A stretch of DNA of 64,000 bases, taken from NCBI GenBank assembly GCA_004764695.1, contig SMSO01000036.1:1612001-1676000 (forward strand). Direction: 5' to 3'. Shown here in pieces: positions 1 through 13,322 of this stretch (position 1 is the first letter of the stretch; every line of letters begins with the position of its first letter). The stretch comes from Schizochytrium sp. TIO01. Lineage: Eukaryota > Protista > Bigyra: Labyrinthulomycetes. Position numbers and translations under genes: made by a program. The notes below the pieces were generated by a model. The model was given only the letters and a program-made list of their open reading frames with translations, searched no databases and was not told where the DNA came from.

Positions 1-302
1 TTGAAGGTAACGCGGGGAACCCCTTTTGATCTGAGTCTCTATGACGGAGAGATGAAGGGAAAGAGTGAGTTTGTGAATGCTGTAAAGGGAGATAAGGAGG
101 AAAGAGCCTGGTAGGAGTGGGTAAGGTTTGTTAGGGGTTTGTGCGGTTTATTGGCTGGTTAGGAGTGTATTAAGGTTGGCTAGGGGAGAAAGCGGAGGCG
201 TATTTGCGGCAGAGAGCAGCTGGCAGGCAGACAGCAGAAGAGCGTGGAGCAGATCATCGATCGGTCGTGCGAGGGTGCGATTGATAGTGGAGGTTTGGCA
301 AG

Positions 303-680
303 ATGGTGGTCAAGACCAACGTGTGCGCGTACACTGAGTTCAAGATCTACCCTGGCCACGGCATCAAGTTCGTGCGCAAGGATGGTCAGCCGCTCGACTT
401 CATCAATTCCAAGGCCAAGTCCCTGTACCACCAGCGCATCAAGCCCAACAAGCTGACCTGGACCACCGGCTGGAGGCGGCTTAACAAGAAGGACAAGCGC
501 GACGACGGTAAGCGCATCCGCCGGCGGAAGATTGCCGCCAAGCAGAAGCCTTTTGAGGGCATGTCTCTTGACCTTCTCAAGAAGAAGCGTGACCCCAAGG
601 AGAAGTCCGCTGCCCGCGACGCCGCCGCCAAGGAGGTGCAGGCCCGCCAGAAGATGTCCAAGAAGACCATCAAGAAATAA
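303..680 (+). CDS. RPL24: 60S ribosomal protein eL24
   Basis: MVVKTNVCAYTEFKIYPGHGIKFVRKDG...SKAKSLYHQRIKPNKLTWTTGWRRLNKK matches the eL24 N-terminal signature; Lys/Arg-rich tail; GC-ending codons; aagATGg start context. Confidence 0.96.
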   Translation: MVVKTNVCAYTEFKIYPGHGIKFVRKDGQPLDFINSKAKSLYHQRIKPNKLTWTTGWRRLNKKDKRDDGKRIRRRKIAAKQKPFEGMSLDLLKKKRDPKEKSAARDAAAKEVQARQKMSKKTIKK

Positions 681-2952
681 GTAAGTGATCTTCTTTGATT
701 TACCTAGTTCGTTCCTTTCTTCGATCGTGATCAGAGCCTGATTCGGCTCGAGACATCTCGCGAGGACAGCTTGTCCGGGTGCATTTAATCATGATTGCGT
801 GCATCCATTTTTTCTTTCATATGGAGTGAGTTTGTGGCGTACATCATCACTGGCGTACTCACACTGGCGGAATATCGTCGGTGCAAAATATGGAGGAATA
901 GATGGATGAATGTCTTCATACAGGCACCTATCTTCAACCTCGTGGGCGATCTCGCTCAGATGAGTGTGAGTGAATAAGGTGTTAAGGAGTTACATGAATG
1001 AATGAACGAATGATGCGTGAGCTCCTGCTTGTCTGTATGTCATGGAGACGGCCGCGCTCATCGTCGCTCGTGCTGCCTACTTTATTACTCTTGGATGCCG
1101 CTGCAGATGCATTTTGGCACCCTCTATACCCACATGCTTCATCTATATTCTAAGGTCAGCCTTTAACCCCATCCCCCACCTCATATACTTTTTCTTGTTT
1201 CTTTCGTTGACGCGATGCGACTAGTACACCTGTCGCTGATTCTCACAAAATCGAATGCGCTACTATTTTCTTGTGCCTTGAACTTGATACTTAGATTTCT
1301 TTCTCTGATTGCGGGTGTAATTTCCTTCTCGCTTTCCTCAGAGGAGAACTTGACTTGTTTCTTTTATTTGTACAAGGTTTTGTCTTTCTACTTCGAGCAT
1401 ACGTTGTCCTGCTGCTCTGTTATTCCTCTGTCCATTAAACTCATTAGTACATAATAGAGGTACTATATGGCGTCATCAAGTCCTTGCTCGTAAAACAAGT
1501 TTGGGTAGCCAGCACTTGATCCTTTTACATGAAGTAGTACGAGGTACTCTACAATGGAAGGCCTGTACAAGGACAAGTAGGTAGTAAATTGTAAACTAAA
1601 TACATGAAGTATCCATAAACAAAAACCAAACAGAGCTCATCATAGGAAGCTTTTTAATTTGAAGTATTCCATTACATTTACAATAGTTGTATTATATCAA
1701 ATTTTGTAAATCATTCAGGTTAGTGCCTCATTTTATTTCGGACGTTCTTTGAAGCAAGGAAAATCCCCCCAACGAATGCTCCGACCTACTTGCCGTCGTT
1801 GGCGAATGAAATCGTAAGTGATGGACTAGTGCTATCCTCGCCATACTCTTTGAGCTTTAGGTTCACGTTGTTTAGTACATACACGAGTTATCAGAGTGTC
1901 ATCCAGCGCGGAGCTGCCTCTTCAGCTGATAAGAACAAGAAAAACGATATAACAGATTATTAAACGAAATTCTGTATTTGAGACTTTGCTTAAGTATGTA
2001 TCATGATAAATGACTGTAAAGATGATACTGAAGAGTACTTGGGTAAATGTCCTCCTTTCGAGAGGAGTCCCAATGGTAGACTGGCAGACATGGTGGTTTA
2101 CGAACATATTCTAGACGTTCAATCATTCCAAATAAAGTCTGCCGAATTGGAGAGACAGCTTCGTTTCGCAAAAACATCGAGTGTTCTATTCAACAGAAGA
2201 GGAAATTACTATAAATTGCTAAGATCTATTCCAAAGCTTTCCACGAATTCAGAAGAACAGATTATGATTGTTATATGTGATAGCTCATATGTTAAGTTAA
2301 TATATTTAGCATTTCGTGCTTACTTGCTGAAATTATAAAAAAACACCATCCTAGTTTTTGCGTTTGAAATCTCTTTTTTGGTGCTGTGAATTGTAGATTG
2401 TGCTTCCTTTGATTTTATAGTACAGTTCATTGGTGCACTTAGTCAAAATTGGAGTTCGGCTGTCTCGCACGAAATCTTATAGGCTTATTTCAAATGAATA
2501 TGTAATGCATGAATTAGCGAAATATAACGGTTAGCAGTGAGGTGTTTTGTAAGTGCTTGGTTGGGAGGCTACTATGTGTCTTTTCAAATAACGTATTGAT
2601 TGAGACAGTTTTAACACCAAGCTTATGCACCAAAAGGCAATTATCCAACCTACAAGAGGAGAATTTCCTTGCAAGTGGTAGAGCGAAGAAAATAGTCAGA
2701 TAGTCTAATTGAAGGAAAACTGTACTAAGCTATTCCGGCGCTTTGAGATTATCCTGGGTGATAGTAATGCGTTTCTTTAACACACAAAGTGCAGTTTAAC
2801 ATGTCCATTCTAGGATATCGAATTAGGCTGAAGATCACGCAGAGGTTTTAATACATATTTAAATGCCCACACTTGAGGAAAAGATATTAAATAAAAAGTT
2901 TTGCATGTTGACAAGGATGTGACAAATGAAATAGAGGATAATGATGGGTGCT

Positions 2953-3967
2953 CTAAGCATCCTGGTTTCTGCGCCGCTCACGTTCGCGTTCTCGTCTTTC
3001 CCGTTGTTCTTGGACGCCTGGATTGTTCCAAGGTGATAATGAGACAAAGAAAAGCCAGACCATCATCACCATCTCACGGAAAGTTGCCCACACTGTTTCG
3101 GGATTTGGAATCCACTGTAAAACCTGATTTGCAAACGAGGTCTCCCAGTTTGCTCTTTCTGCATCGGGGTCATGCCGGGGCGTAGCCATCATTTTATAAA
3201 CTCTATGGTGTGATGTTTGCTGCTTAGTAGGAAGTGACGGATACTTTACGACGAGCTCATTCCAGTCTTTGAGAAGAACACCTCCTTTCCCCATAACTTT
3301 TGCTTTTTGAGGTGAAATATCGAAAACATGATCAATTAGATGCTGGTAAGGTAAACCTCAAGCAGGTATCGTTAGTAGATCAAGGTGACGTCAAAGCTCA
3401 GATTCTAATTATCTCCACTTACCTGAACAGATTCTTTGGGTTGCAAAGCTAGACACCAGCGTACTCCAGCGAAATCAAGTTCGACATAGCGATCAAAAGG
3501 TTGAGTGTTATGCTCAGGCTGTGGAGTAGATTGGAGTCTACGAATACGTTGGCGACACAGAGGACAGCGAGCAAGACCTGCTAATCTAAGTTTCCAGACA
3601 TTCTGAACAGCGCAATTGGCTGCATAAAGTTTGATCATTGGGAATTCATTATTCATCAAAGATGGTGAGAATGTCAGTAAGGGTGTGACTATAGTTGTAT
3701 TAAAATTATGCCATACGTACCGCACATGGGGTGATTACAACTGCCCAAGGACGCCACCGGGCGTTGTAAGTCTAACAAGCAAATGCAACATACTTCATGA
3801 TCGTCAGAAGCATCGGACTTGTAAGTACTGGTGAAGTCTGTCCTCGTGTCTGACAACAATATCTTTCTTTGCTCGTTATTGAAAGTGTCACATTCATCTT
3901 CTGGTACCGCTTGGTCCTCATGAATATCCTCTTCTTCCCCAGACGTTGCAACGATGCGCCTTCGCAT
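2953..3967 (-). CDS. RING-HC (C3HC4) finger protein, 277 aa, 3 exons (3967-3721, 3619-3423, 3342-2953), with possible ubiquitin-like region and C-terminal hydrophobic segment
   Basis: Splicing GTACGT...TACTGAC...TGCAG (3720-3620) and GTAAGT...TACTAAC...CCAG (3422-3343) gives 834 nt in frame. It rebuilds CCICLLDLQRPVASLGSCNHPMC|ANC...CPLCR, a complete RING motif. A possible 5'UTR intron lies at 4146-4023. Confidence 0.85.
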
Positions 3968-6900
3968 GATAGCAAGCAACAAGTTACAGCTATTCGAGCA
4001 GCTGCAACGTTTGTAAAGTGGCCTGCACAGTATGAAGCTTTAGGCCGATACCGAGGTTTGCCAGGTTCAGGTCCTCGCGTAACTTCTGACAGTGGTCTTG
4101 CTGGATCCGCTTCGTGGAATAGTTGATGAAAAGAAGCGTTACTTACCTAGCTAATAGTAGATGCCTAGTACTCTCCCACTCTCAGCTACTTGCTCGTTCT
4201 GTTCTATTTGTTCTTCTAGAGTGTGCATAAAAGGTAAGAGAAGGGACAGGCATACATGGGTCTTGGTGGTGCTCGGCAAAGTCCTTTGATACCGCAAATG
4301 AGACCGTAAGCGTGCGTTGAGTTGTATTTTAAGGTTCATCCAAGAGCAATTAATTGAAGCGATAAACAAACAAGTGTATAACGTAGAATATTTGTAAGTG
4401 AGCGAGTGAAGGGCTAAGTGGTCGCACGCACGATCACAAAACGTTTATGTTGCGTTCAAGCATCACTCTTGCTGCAAGCACCTGAAGCTGCGAAGGTGGG
4501 TAGTAAAGGAGGCAAAGTTAGCACGGTTGAGGACTGTGAGCGAGATGGGGCTGAGAAAGTGCAATTTCCTTTTCTTGCTTATGATTCTCGATTGTGTTTG
4601 ATGCGTTTTGAGACGTATGGGTGGCGGAGGTGGAAACAATTGATTGCTTTGAAAGGCCAAGCAGCCTCGTTTTCTTTTTTCTTTGCTCATTTTCTCTTTC
4701 AACTACTCTCCACTGATTTACCCCCACACCAAATTAAGCTCAAGATTCATTGTAAGCTTGGTGTATCGTGTCTCTGGGTTTTGCAAAATTGCGAGTGATA
4801 GGTCGTGACTATGAGTAACCACACTCGCTAGTTCGTTTCAAATTTTCTCGTCGTATACTCTCTCCATGAACAGATCGTCAGATAAGATTACGCACACCTT
4901 AGTGCTTTCTAGTCGCAGCATTTTGGGTTATGCAAGATAAAAGAATCCATTAGACTCCTCTGTACGACAAGCAAGTTAATGAGTGATCCTTTGTTCTCTC
5001 GAAAGATACATAAACTTATTGGTATAGTGACGTTACGATTCGACACTCGTCCTATAACTGTTGATAAAATACTGTTGTAGCAAATTTCTGGGCGCACATT
5101 CACAAAGCTTTATGTTATCATTTGACGAGCTTTCTCTCTGTTGCAGGCCTCAATAAGAGCTCAATCATGGAAATTTAGGGTTTTCTCTCTCATAGCATCA
5201 GCCCATCTATCACCTGCGAGGAAAGCATTTCATTTTCTCCCCGCACAGTTTAATTACATGCTTGCGGCTTTGTCTGCCCATAATATCTTTTCGATTTGCC
5301 CACATACCCAATAGTTTAAGAATCAATGCTGGGTTTGTGACAGAGGGCAAGTTTTCCTCTCATTTTTGGGTCCAAACAAGCAGAGCACAAAATGTAGCTA
5401 TGGGACCCCTTCATGACGCATTGAACTGACTCTTTATGCATACGCAGATTACCGTAGGGTCCAGTGGCGGGCGAGCGAGCGAATACCTGTTATGAAGGGA
5501 TAAGCGTGTGAAGCAAGCAGGGCTACCCTTGAGGGCGCAGAAATCGTGCGAAATGTGAAATTAATCTGCTGATCTTTCCTTTCATGCGCAGCTTTGCCCC
5601 AATGATTGTACACTACGGTTCGTTTACCGATAGTTCGGGTCTGGCAGTCGTTTACGACTCATCGTACATGTACCGTTCTTTTCCTACTAGCCCTAATAAG
5701 TAGGTAAGTACACCTTTGCCTCCCTACTAGTAGAGAATGTCAGGGACCAGAACAGCTGATCAGCAGGTCTCTGGCAAACTCTGCTCTAGCCATGCGCCAA
5801 AGGCGCCATGTGCAGTTTTGCCATGGCCCCGTCCTTCAGTATGCTTCGTCGCGCGTTTCTTCGCAGGTTCGCAAAACCCAATCCGGAGGGCTCGGTGGCG
5901 CTCCGTTTGGAGCTCTCTGTAGCGAAGGGGGGACAACTTGAGTCAGGGACACAGCAGAGACAGCTGCTGACCGTAGTCAATCAACTCCTAGAAGAACTGC
6001 TAAGGTTTGGGTTACAAGGGCGCGCCTTTCGAATTAGGCAGTCGAAGCAGGCGCTCGAGCAGCCACTTCCTCCCACAGACTTGCCCTTGTGGGTGGCCGA
6101 TCTCGGGAGAGCTGACTGAGGTGCGTTGCCCATCCATGCTTCAGGCCAGTGCGCCCACTGCACGTACACGCACGGCATCGCCTCGTCTCGTGCATCCTGA
6201 TCGGGAGAGGGAGGTCCAGCTTCGCGGGCCGTCGATGCCCCGGGCCGCGGGCGGACCCAAGTGCAATGTCCGCAGAGGCGGCGCATGGCATGCATGCATG
6301 CGCCGCGCTGTCTCCTCGCTCGCTCGACTCACATTTGGGTTTCTGTGGACAAAGCGCCGCGAATATTACAAAAACGTCGGCTTGAACCGTAATATAGAAA
6401 GAAAGCCATAGAAACGGCCGCCCGCTACCTGGCTAGCTACTGGTATAGCTAGCAGTGCAGCTCCTAGCGCCAGCTAGCTTCGCATACAGTGATCCTTCGA
6501 GCGCCACATTGGCTGGCCCCACGAGCGCACGGAGCGCCGCGAAAAGCACCGAAGACTGAGCACAAGGCGCCGATTGGGGCTTGTGGCGAGCTGCACTGCG
6601 CTGCGTGTTGTTTGGCTGGAGGCTGGCTGACTCTTCTGCACCTGGCTGGCTGGCTGGCTGCCGCCCTCTGTCGCGGGGATTGGGGTGCCGTGGAGGGCAG
6701 GCAAGCTTGCTTCTGCAGCTGTCCTGGGCAGCAGCAGCGATCGATGGCCTCGAGGTCGCTGGTCGCGGTTTCTTGTGACGAGGACTGGGGCCGGTTCGAA
6801 GAACGCGGAGGTGTGCGAAGCAGTGTGGACAGTCAGTCCTTCAGAGAGCTCGCTAGGGACCCGGGGCGATCGCACGGAGTCGGCGAGGAAAGGAACGCGC

Positions 6901-6979
6901 GAAGAAAAGTCTTTGGCGCCACGACTTGAGAGCGAACTTCGAGTTCGTTTGTGCCACAGTGAACGGTGGTACCCACGGC

Positions 6980-7026
6980 TTTTCAGGCAGGCGCTTTTCA
7001 GGCGCTTTTCAGGCGCGTTTCAGGCG
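6980..7026. repeat. Short tandem repeat, about 11-bp unit CAGGCGCTTTT, 3-4 imperfect copies
   Basis: ttttcaggcaggcgcttttcaggcgcttttcaggcgcgtttcaggcg read directly. Confidence 0.8.
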
Positions 7027-10000
7027 AGGGGCTCTTGCTTCAAGCCGGGGCAAGCACGCTAACCTGCAAAGGGCAGACGTGATGCGGCGGCAGGAGCCAC
7101 ACGTCGTGGCCACTCACTGTAATAACGAGCATGGACGAGGGCTCAACGAACGTGCTCCGGAGTCCGCCGGTTCTTCAGATACACAGGCCTCGGGCGTGGT
7201 TTTGGGCGGCTGATGCACGGTCGCTCAAACCGGCTCACTGACTCACACTCTCTCACTCTCTCAGCTCAGTCCTTGCTCAGTTATGACGTGGCGGTGTGAA
7301 AGACTTTCGGAGAACCCAAACTCGAACAACAGCCATTGGAAAAAGCAATTTCAAGCTCTCTCTCACTCTCTCTCTGTCAATCGATCAACTCCTAAACAAG
7401 AAGTCGCAGTTCTTTCAAGCAAGAGAAGAAGACGAGAGCCCATTGATGGTACGTAGAGATAGACAGAGTAGAGAGTGGAGAGAGAGAGAAAGAAAGAGTG
7501 TGTGCGCCTCCTCCAGCTAGGAGACACAGCGGCGGTCTTAGAGAGCAACAGAAAAAAGAAGTATTTCAACAGCAGAAGTGCCGAGTGATTGGGTGATTAG
7601 GAGGATATCCTGAAAGATGAGTCGTCAGCTTCGTCGTCCCCAGAGCCTCTCTGTTTCTCGCCAACGTAACGCACGCGCGCAATTCATTCCACTTCATTTC
7701 ATTTCCTCGTCTTTCTGAAATTATTGTTGCTCTCAATTTTTCTGCTTGATGCAGCGTATCTTTGTTCTTTCTTTTCCCCCCCCTGCTTTTTCAGGATAAA
7801 AATAAAACTCGTGTACATAGGGCTGTAGTAGGGCACTCAGTTGGTAGGTACCACCTTAAATCTATAGTAACTTGGGTAAAAACTTGAACTCAAGCCACAA
7901 CAAAGAGAAAAACTTACTACCTCTGACTAATGAGAGTGCTACCGTATATAGCTAGCTGCTCCAGGTTGAGATCTTGCTACGGCTGATGCACATGCTAATG
8001 CCTACGTAGTACGCGGTAGGTAGGTAATGCCGTGACTGGGAGCATGACGCTTATTCGGGTAAAATCACCTATGAAACTCTACGGAAAGTACTAATGAGGA
8101 GTTAAGCTAAAGAGCGGCTGACAATTGTAGCTGGAGCTAGGAAATACTCAATAACATAGTTTTGTGAGCTATTTCTGCGAAGTAGTTTGCTAGTTAGCAC
8201 CAACAATCCGTACTCGATACCCCCCACCCCTTTCCAGGAGAACCGAGTGTACCGTATCTTCTGCAATAAGCCTCACCCGCGAGAGGGTTAGATAGTGAGT
8301 GTTTCAGGGCTAGATCCACTGCTGACTGCCACATTTTATTTCTAAAGATACTGGCACACCTACGTAGCTAGCTAGCTAAGTACCTACCTTCAAAAACGGG
8401 AAGTTTGACAACCACAGGCCACAGGAACTCGAAGGGATGTCTCAAAAACCATAGTCATGATAACCACGATTGACAGCAGCACCATCAATTTGTTTCATGG
8501 GCCACTGGCGATCACGATGTTGAATGCATTTTGATGATGGTTATGGATCACGAAAACAAAGTGGAAGAAAGTATGAAAATATACGTATACTATCTGTATC
8601 TAGCTAGTCACTATCAAACACTACGTAGCTAGCAGGTAAGTAGCAATATAGGTTGCTTGCTAACGAATTCAAGGGTTCGCAGGAATGCGCGGTGTCCGGT
8701 ATGAACGGGCGAGTAGCGGAGGAAAATAATCTGAGCGGTTGTGGGCCTCGCTTTATGAGAGCAGATAAAGGAATGGTTTGTACCCCCCCCTTCCGCACTG
8801 TCGATGTATGGTTAAGAGGGTGGAGAGGGGAACACGAGGGAACTTTTTGGTGAGTGATATTTTCTTCATTATCATTTTCTCTCTCTAGCTAGCTATAGTC
8901 AGAGCAAAGCTGAGCCCTTGGAATATGGAAGAAGAGCTCTGCTACTTATCGGAAGTGTTTCATCATGAAGCACTTTAGAGGTTTGTTTGTTCATTTATTT
9001 GTTTAATTGTATGGCTCTTCCTTCTGTGCCCCCCTATTTTCGCTCTGGTCCGGGTTCCTAGCTTCCAACGACCTTTCTTCTCGAAGAACCGGACGATCGT
9101 CCAGAGGGCAAAAGAGCACTCCGAGGAGTCGTGGAAATGACAGACAGGCCAGGTACTACTAGATACTAGCTAATAGATACTATCAGCTGCCCTGAGCAGA
9201 GAAAACTCGGGGAATTCTCTTCCTTTAAGTTCTGAGGAGCCAAAGAACGGCCGTCTCTGATCCTAACTAGTCCTATCGCCATGGAAAAAGAAAGAAAGGA
9301 ATGCTCTCAACAAAATAATCCGAAATTTCGATGGCCGCCGCGAGGATAATGGAGCTTAGAACTCCCCAAAGATCCTGCAGTCCTACTGTTAACAATATCT
9401 GGCGCTGTAGTATAAAACCCGCTCTCTGTGGAACTCCAGTAGGTAGTAGCCAATACTAGTCATGGTGGTAGATTTGGCTGCCCACTGCAGGGGACTGTGG
9501 GGAGTAGTCCCCAGGTTTGAAAAGCTGTTGAGATTTCGAGTTTTCTGACTCTTTGGTAAAATTTGAAATTACGTGCCGCTCGGGCGACCTCGCAGACGGT
9601 AGCGAGGCAATCACTATCGTCGAGACGTCAGATGCCACTCGCGAGAGTCAGGTTCGTCTTATTTCTACTTTTTGCTTCGTCACTGGCGGGAGAGCAGCTT
9701 TGGCAGCAGCAGGGGTCAGCGGCGGGAAGTCTTAATTCCCTCGCAAATTCGAGCTCGCAAGCACGTGAAGGCGCATTTGCTTCATCCATCGCGATGCATT
9801 TCGGTTTGCATTGCATTCAAAGCTGGGACTTGCGAAGATAAGATGGAAAGGGCCATTTTGAACGGGCCGCGTCCAAAACCTTGCAAGGATAAGCAATTAA
9901 TTCTTCTCTTCTGCAACCTCGCAGCCAAATGCACTTGGGTTTATGCCTGCTCGGGAGCGTGTCTCTCTAGGTCTTCGAGCCTCTCTGCTGACGGGTCACG

Positions 10001-12886
10001 CGCAGAAAGCCCTCCCTGTCGGTTATGCGGCATGCCATAGTCCGGCTGGAAACACAAGAATCAAAGCCAGACTTTCCGGAGACAGTTTGTCTCTGGTAGA
10101 GCAAGGGCAATTAATGGCACGCACGACATTGGGTTGAGACCAAGCGGAGAGACAACGACTACTACTTGGCCATTGCAGCGTCAGAGGGTACAGAGCGTCG
10201 TGGGCGAGTTCTGCGGCAAATGTAACATCTGGAGAGAATCTAGAGACAAGGACTTAGAAGCGCACTGAGGAGGACTGCCCTCTCGCGGATCGGATCTTAC
10301 GCAGGAGCACAGGGAGAAGGGTTTGGATTTGCGAGTAGTTCTTACAGAGGAGGTCAATGCTTTGAGCTGCTTTGCGGTCAGCAGCAGAGATCTCTCTTCG
10401 ACGAACCACGAAGGACAGGGAAGAGAGTCCAACGCTGGAGAACTTAGCGGTTGGGAACACCGGGTCGAGCGCACGGGGCGTATGGGCAATGTAGGTTCTC
10501 TCGAAGGGCGTTTCTTTGCCTGGAATTTCAAGAAAGCTCTGCGCAGAGGTGCACAGTTAGCTCGACAAGAATCCTCCTGGAGATCCAGTACTTCTTCTTG
10601 CAAATTAGAGAGGGGGAAAGAGAGAAAGAGAGCAGGCTCGATCGAGTGAGGAGGAGTGCAGTGCAGTGATGGCCATTCTTTCTTGGGAGCGTGGTCTGCT
10701 TTTCGTGGCTTTCCCGTACGTATAATGAAGATGGACGGAGCGATCGGTGCAGATGGTATGGAGAGACCAATGTATTGGCTCGTGACGTGTTTGTCACCTG
10801 CTATTTCTATTTCTACCGCTGCCACCGCCGCTACTTGGACATTCGTTTGCAGTGCTACACTTGCATTGTTTGTGGTGAGCAAAGGCCCAGATCGTCAAGA
10901 ACTGGCGAAATGACTGACGTAGGCGTGTTCACTAAGGTCCCTACAGTTCATCTATCTGGTTAGCTTTTCAAGTAAGTGACCAGCTAGCTATAGCTTGGTA
11001 GTATGTAATCAAGCAAGGAAGTAAGAAAAGGCGAAGAGGTCGTTAGGTTGTGAGAGGGGGTATTTTAGAAGGGGGCTTGATCGAGAAGATGAGCTGCCAA
11101 AACTAGACTAAAGGTGCCTGTTTTTCTTCTAGCGTAGAGCTATTTAGGATCCTTCTTTTGTGCTCTAGTGAGCGCCTTTTCGTCCTTTGCTTCGTGGGTT
11201 TTGCCTGCGTTTCCACTACTGCATATATAATTTCCATTGATTCATGGATTTATTCATCATTTGTAGGTTAGCTACCTACAATTTGTTGGTTTTTTTCAAG
11301 TGTTTTATTTTATTTATTTACTGTACAAAGTATTAAAAAAATGGTGAAAATAAGAAGAAAAACCTGAACGTCAACAGCGAGCCGACAGCGATGAGAGCGG
11401 CCTTTAGCGAGGGTATAGATAGGTGCTAACAGAACACTTAGGTGGTGTACGTTCAAAGGACACGGTGGAAGATAATCCGTGGCAAAATGATATGGGGTGA
11501 AAAAGCCCGCGCTAGGAAAGGGCTATCAGAAGTTCTAGCAGTCAAACACTTCGTTTGGCTGTTAGGCAATTTCTGTTTTTTCAATATTATTTTTCTTTTT
11601 TAACAGGGTAGTTAAGATAGGGGGTAGACTAGACATATTGCTTGATCCCAACGAGGGTTGTGACTATGGATTTGATCAGTGTATGCTCACTTGGAAAGGG
11701 GTTATACAGGGAAGTAAGGAATGTCCAAAGTACCCCCCCCCCCTAACTTTTTTTCTTTTAATGCGACGGACGGAAAATGCTGTCTGCTGTTTCTAGCCAT
11801 TGCTCTAATTAGCGGAAACTATACTCTTTTGCTAACACCAGCTCATTATCTTTTGAAAAGTACAGATTGGAGCCTTTAAAGAGGTACCGTACTAACCAAG
11901 AGCAGGCGGAGCAAAGAAGAAGTTTTTTTTTTTATTTTTAAGTTTTTTTGTATTAATATAAAAAGAATAAAGACATCAGTGTGTGGAGAACAGGAAAGTT
12001 TAGGATAGAATGCTAGAAAGCAGTACTGCCCTAGCGAAGAGACACAGAAAAGAAACTAAGAAGAAAAGAGAAATAAATGATAAAAAAAAAAGGAGGAGAA
12101 AAAGAAAACGAGCGCAGAGGGGGGGGGGGGCAGGAAGAGAAAAGGCACATAAAAAGAAATTAAAAAGACAAACAAACAGACGGCGGACGCGCTCGCGCAG
12201 AGAAACAAACACCCATCGCTCCTCTCTCCTCCCTCTGCTGAAGCTGGCGGCGTTAGGAGAGGCACCATAGGAGTTCACTAGACGCAGCTCCTAGTCGGCG
12301 CGTAGGAGGTCCTAGGCCCTGCCGGTAGCTGGGATCGCATAGGCCACAACTGGTGACACGTGCGAAACGTGCACTGTGACCCCCTTGTGAAAGTTACTCG
12401 TATATTATACCCCCCCTGACTTAGTCGGCGAAGCAGCGAGGGAAGCCCAGATAAGGGGCATCGCAAGCATTTAGCGCAAGGTAAGTCCCGCACGAAAGGT
12501 GCGTACACCCCGTTCTGTTTCTTGAGACTAGCTGGCTAGGGCTTGCTTTCCTGCCTTTGGCGAGGTGCCCTCGACGTGGAGGCGACGCTGGGAAGCAGCT
12601 GGGCGGACGGGTAGACGCTGGAGGCAGGTGTGGCTGCGCGCGGCTGGCAGCAGTATCGAGCGGCCGCCGCCGACCCGCGGAGGGCAGAAAGAAAGACAGA
12701 GGGCGAGGCGACAGACGGAAAGCGGCGAAAGAAAGTGCCGCCATAGAGAAGAAAGAACGTTCCAGGCCTTGGCGTGTTCTTTTCATCCTTCCTTGTTCCC
12801 GTTCCTGTCTCCAAAGGCGTTCTCTTGAGGCGCCCCCCCTTAGGCGAGTGCTTAGCCAGCTGGTAGAGCTGCCGAGGTTCGTTCTT

Positions 12887-13322
12887 TCGATCGATCGTCG
12901 GTTCGTTCTTTCGTTCGATCGATCGAGTGAGTGCCAAACAAAGCAATCGACCGATCGATCGATCGTTCATTCAATCGATCGATCAATCAATCGATCAATC
13001 AATCAATATACAGACGTCATACGTGGATATACGTTCTTACAGCCAGCCATATAAAGAAGGGAAGAACGAGAAAAAAACTGACAAAGCGAGACAAACAGAC
13101 GGATCGACAGACGGATTGATTAAGCAGAAAGCAGCTGGCTCCGGAGCGGGCAGCAATATTCAATCGCCGCCGCCTGCCGAGCAAGCGAGCCGGCCATCGG
13201 GCACGCTGAGCAGAGCTGAGCAGAGCTGTGCTTGAGCTAGGAAGGTGCAGGCAGGGCGGCCCCGCCAATCGATCGATCGATCGGTTAATCAATCAATCAG
13301 CCAATCAATCAATCAATCAATC
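12887..13322. repeat. Two low-complexity (GATC)n/(AATC)n arrays (about 12887-13008 and 13268-13322)
   Basis: cgatcgatcgatcg and aatcaatcaatc runs read directly. Confidence 0.85.

Noticed and set aside
2003-2338. 111-aa ORF on the + strand
   Set aside because: No recognisable motif or supporting splice partners; length is compatible with chance.
5808-6119. ORF containing LRRAFLRRFAKPNPE, faintly like J-domain helix II
   Set aside because: No HPD motif and no other J-domain helices.
10181-10882. 233-aa minus-strand ORF with EVLDLQED...LRRAFLK
   Set aside because: Non-ATG start, passes through low-complexity CT-rich DNA, no HPD or other domain; cannot be supported as a gene.
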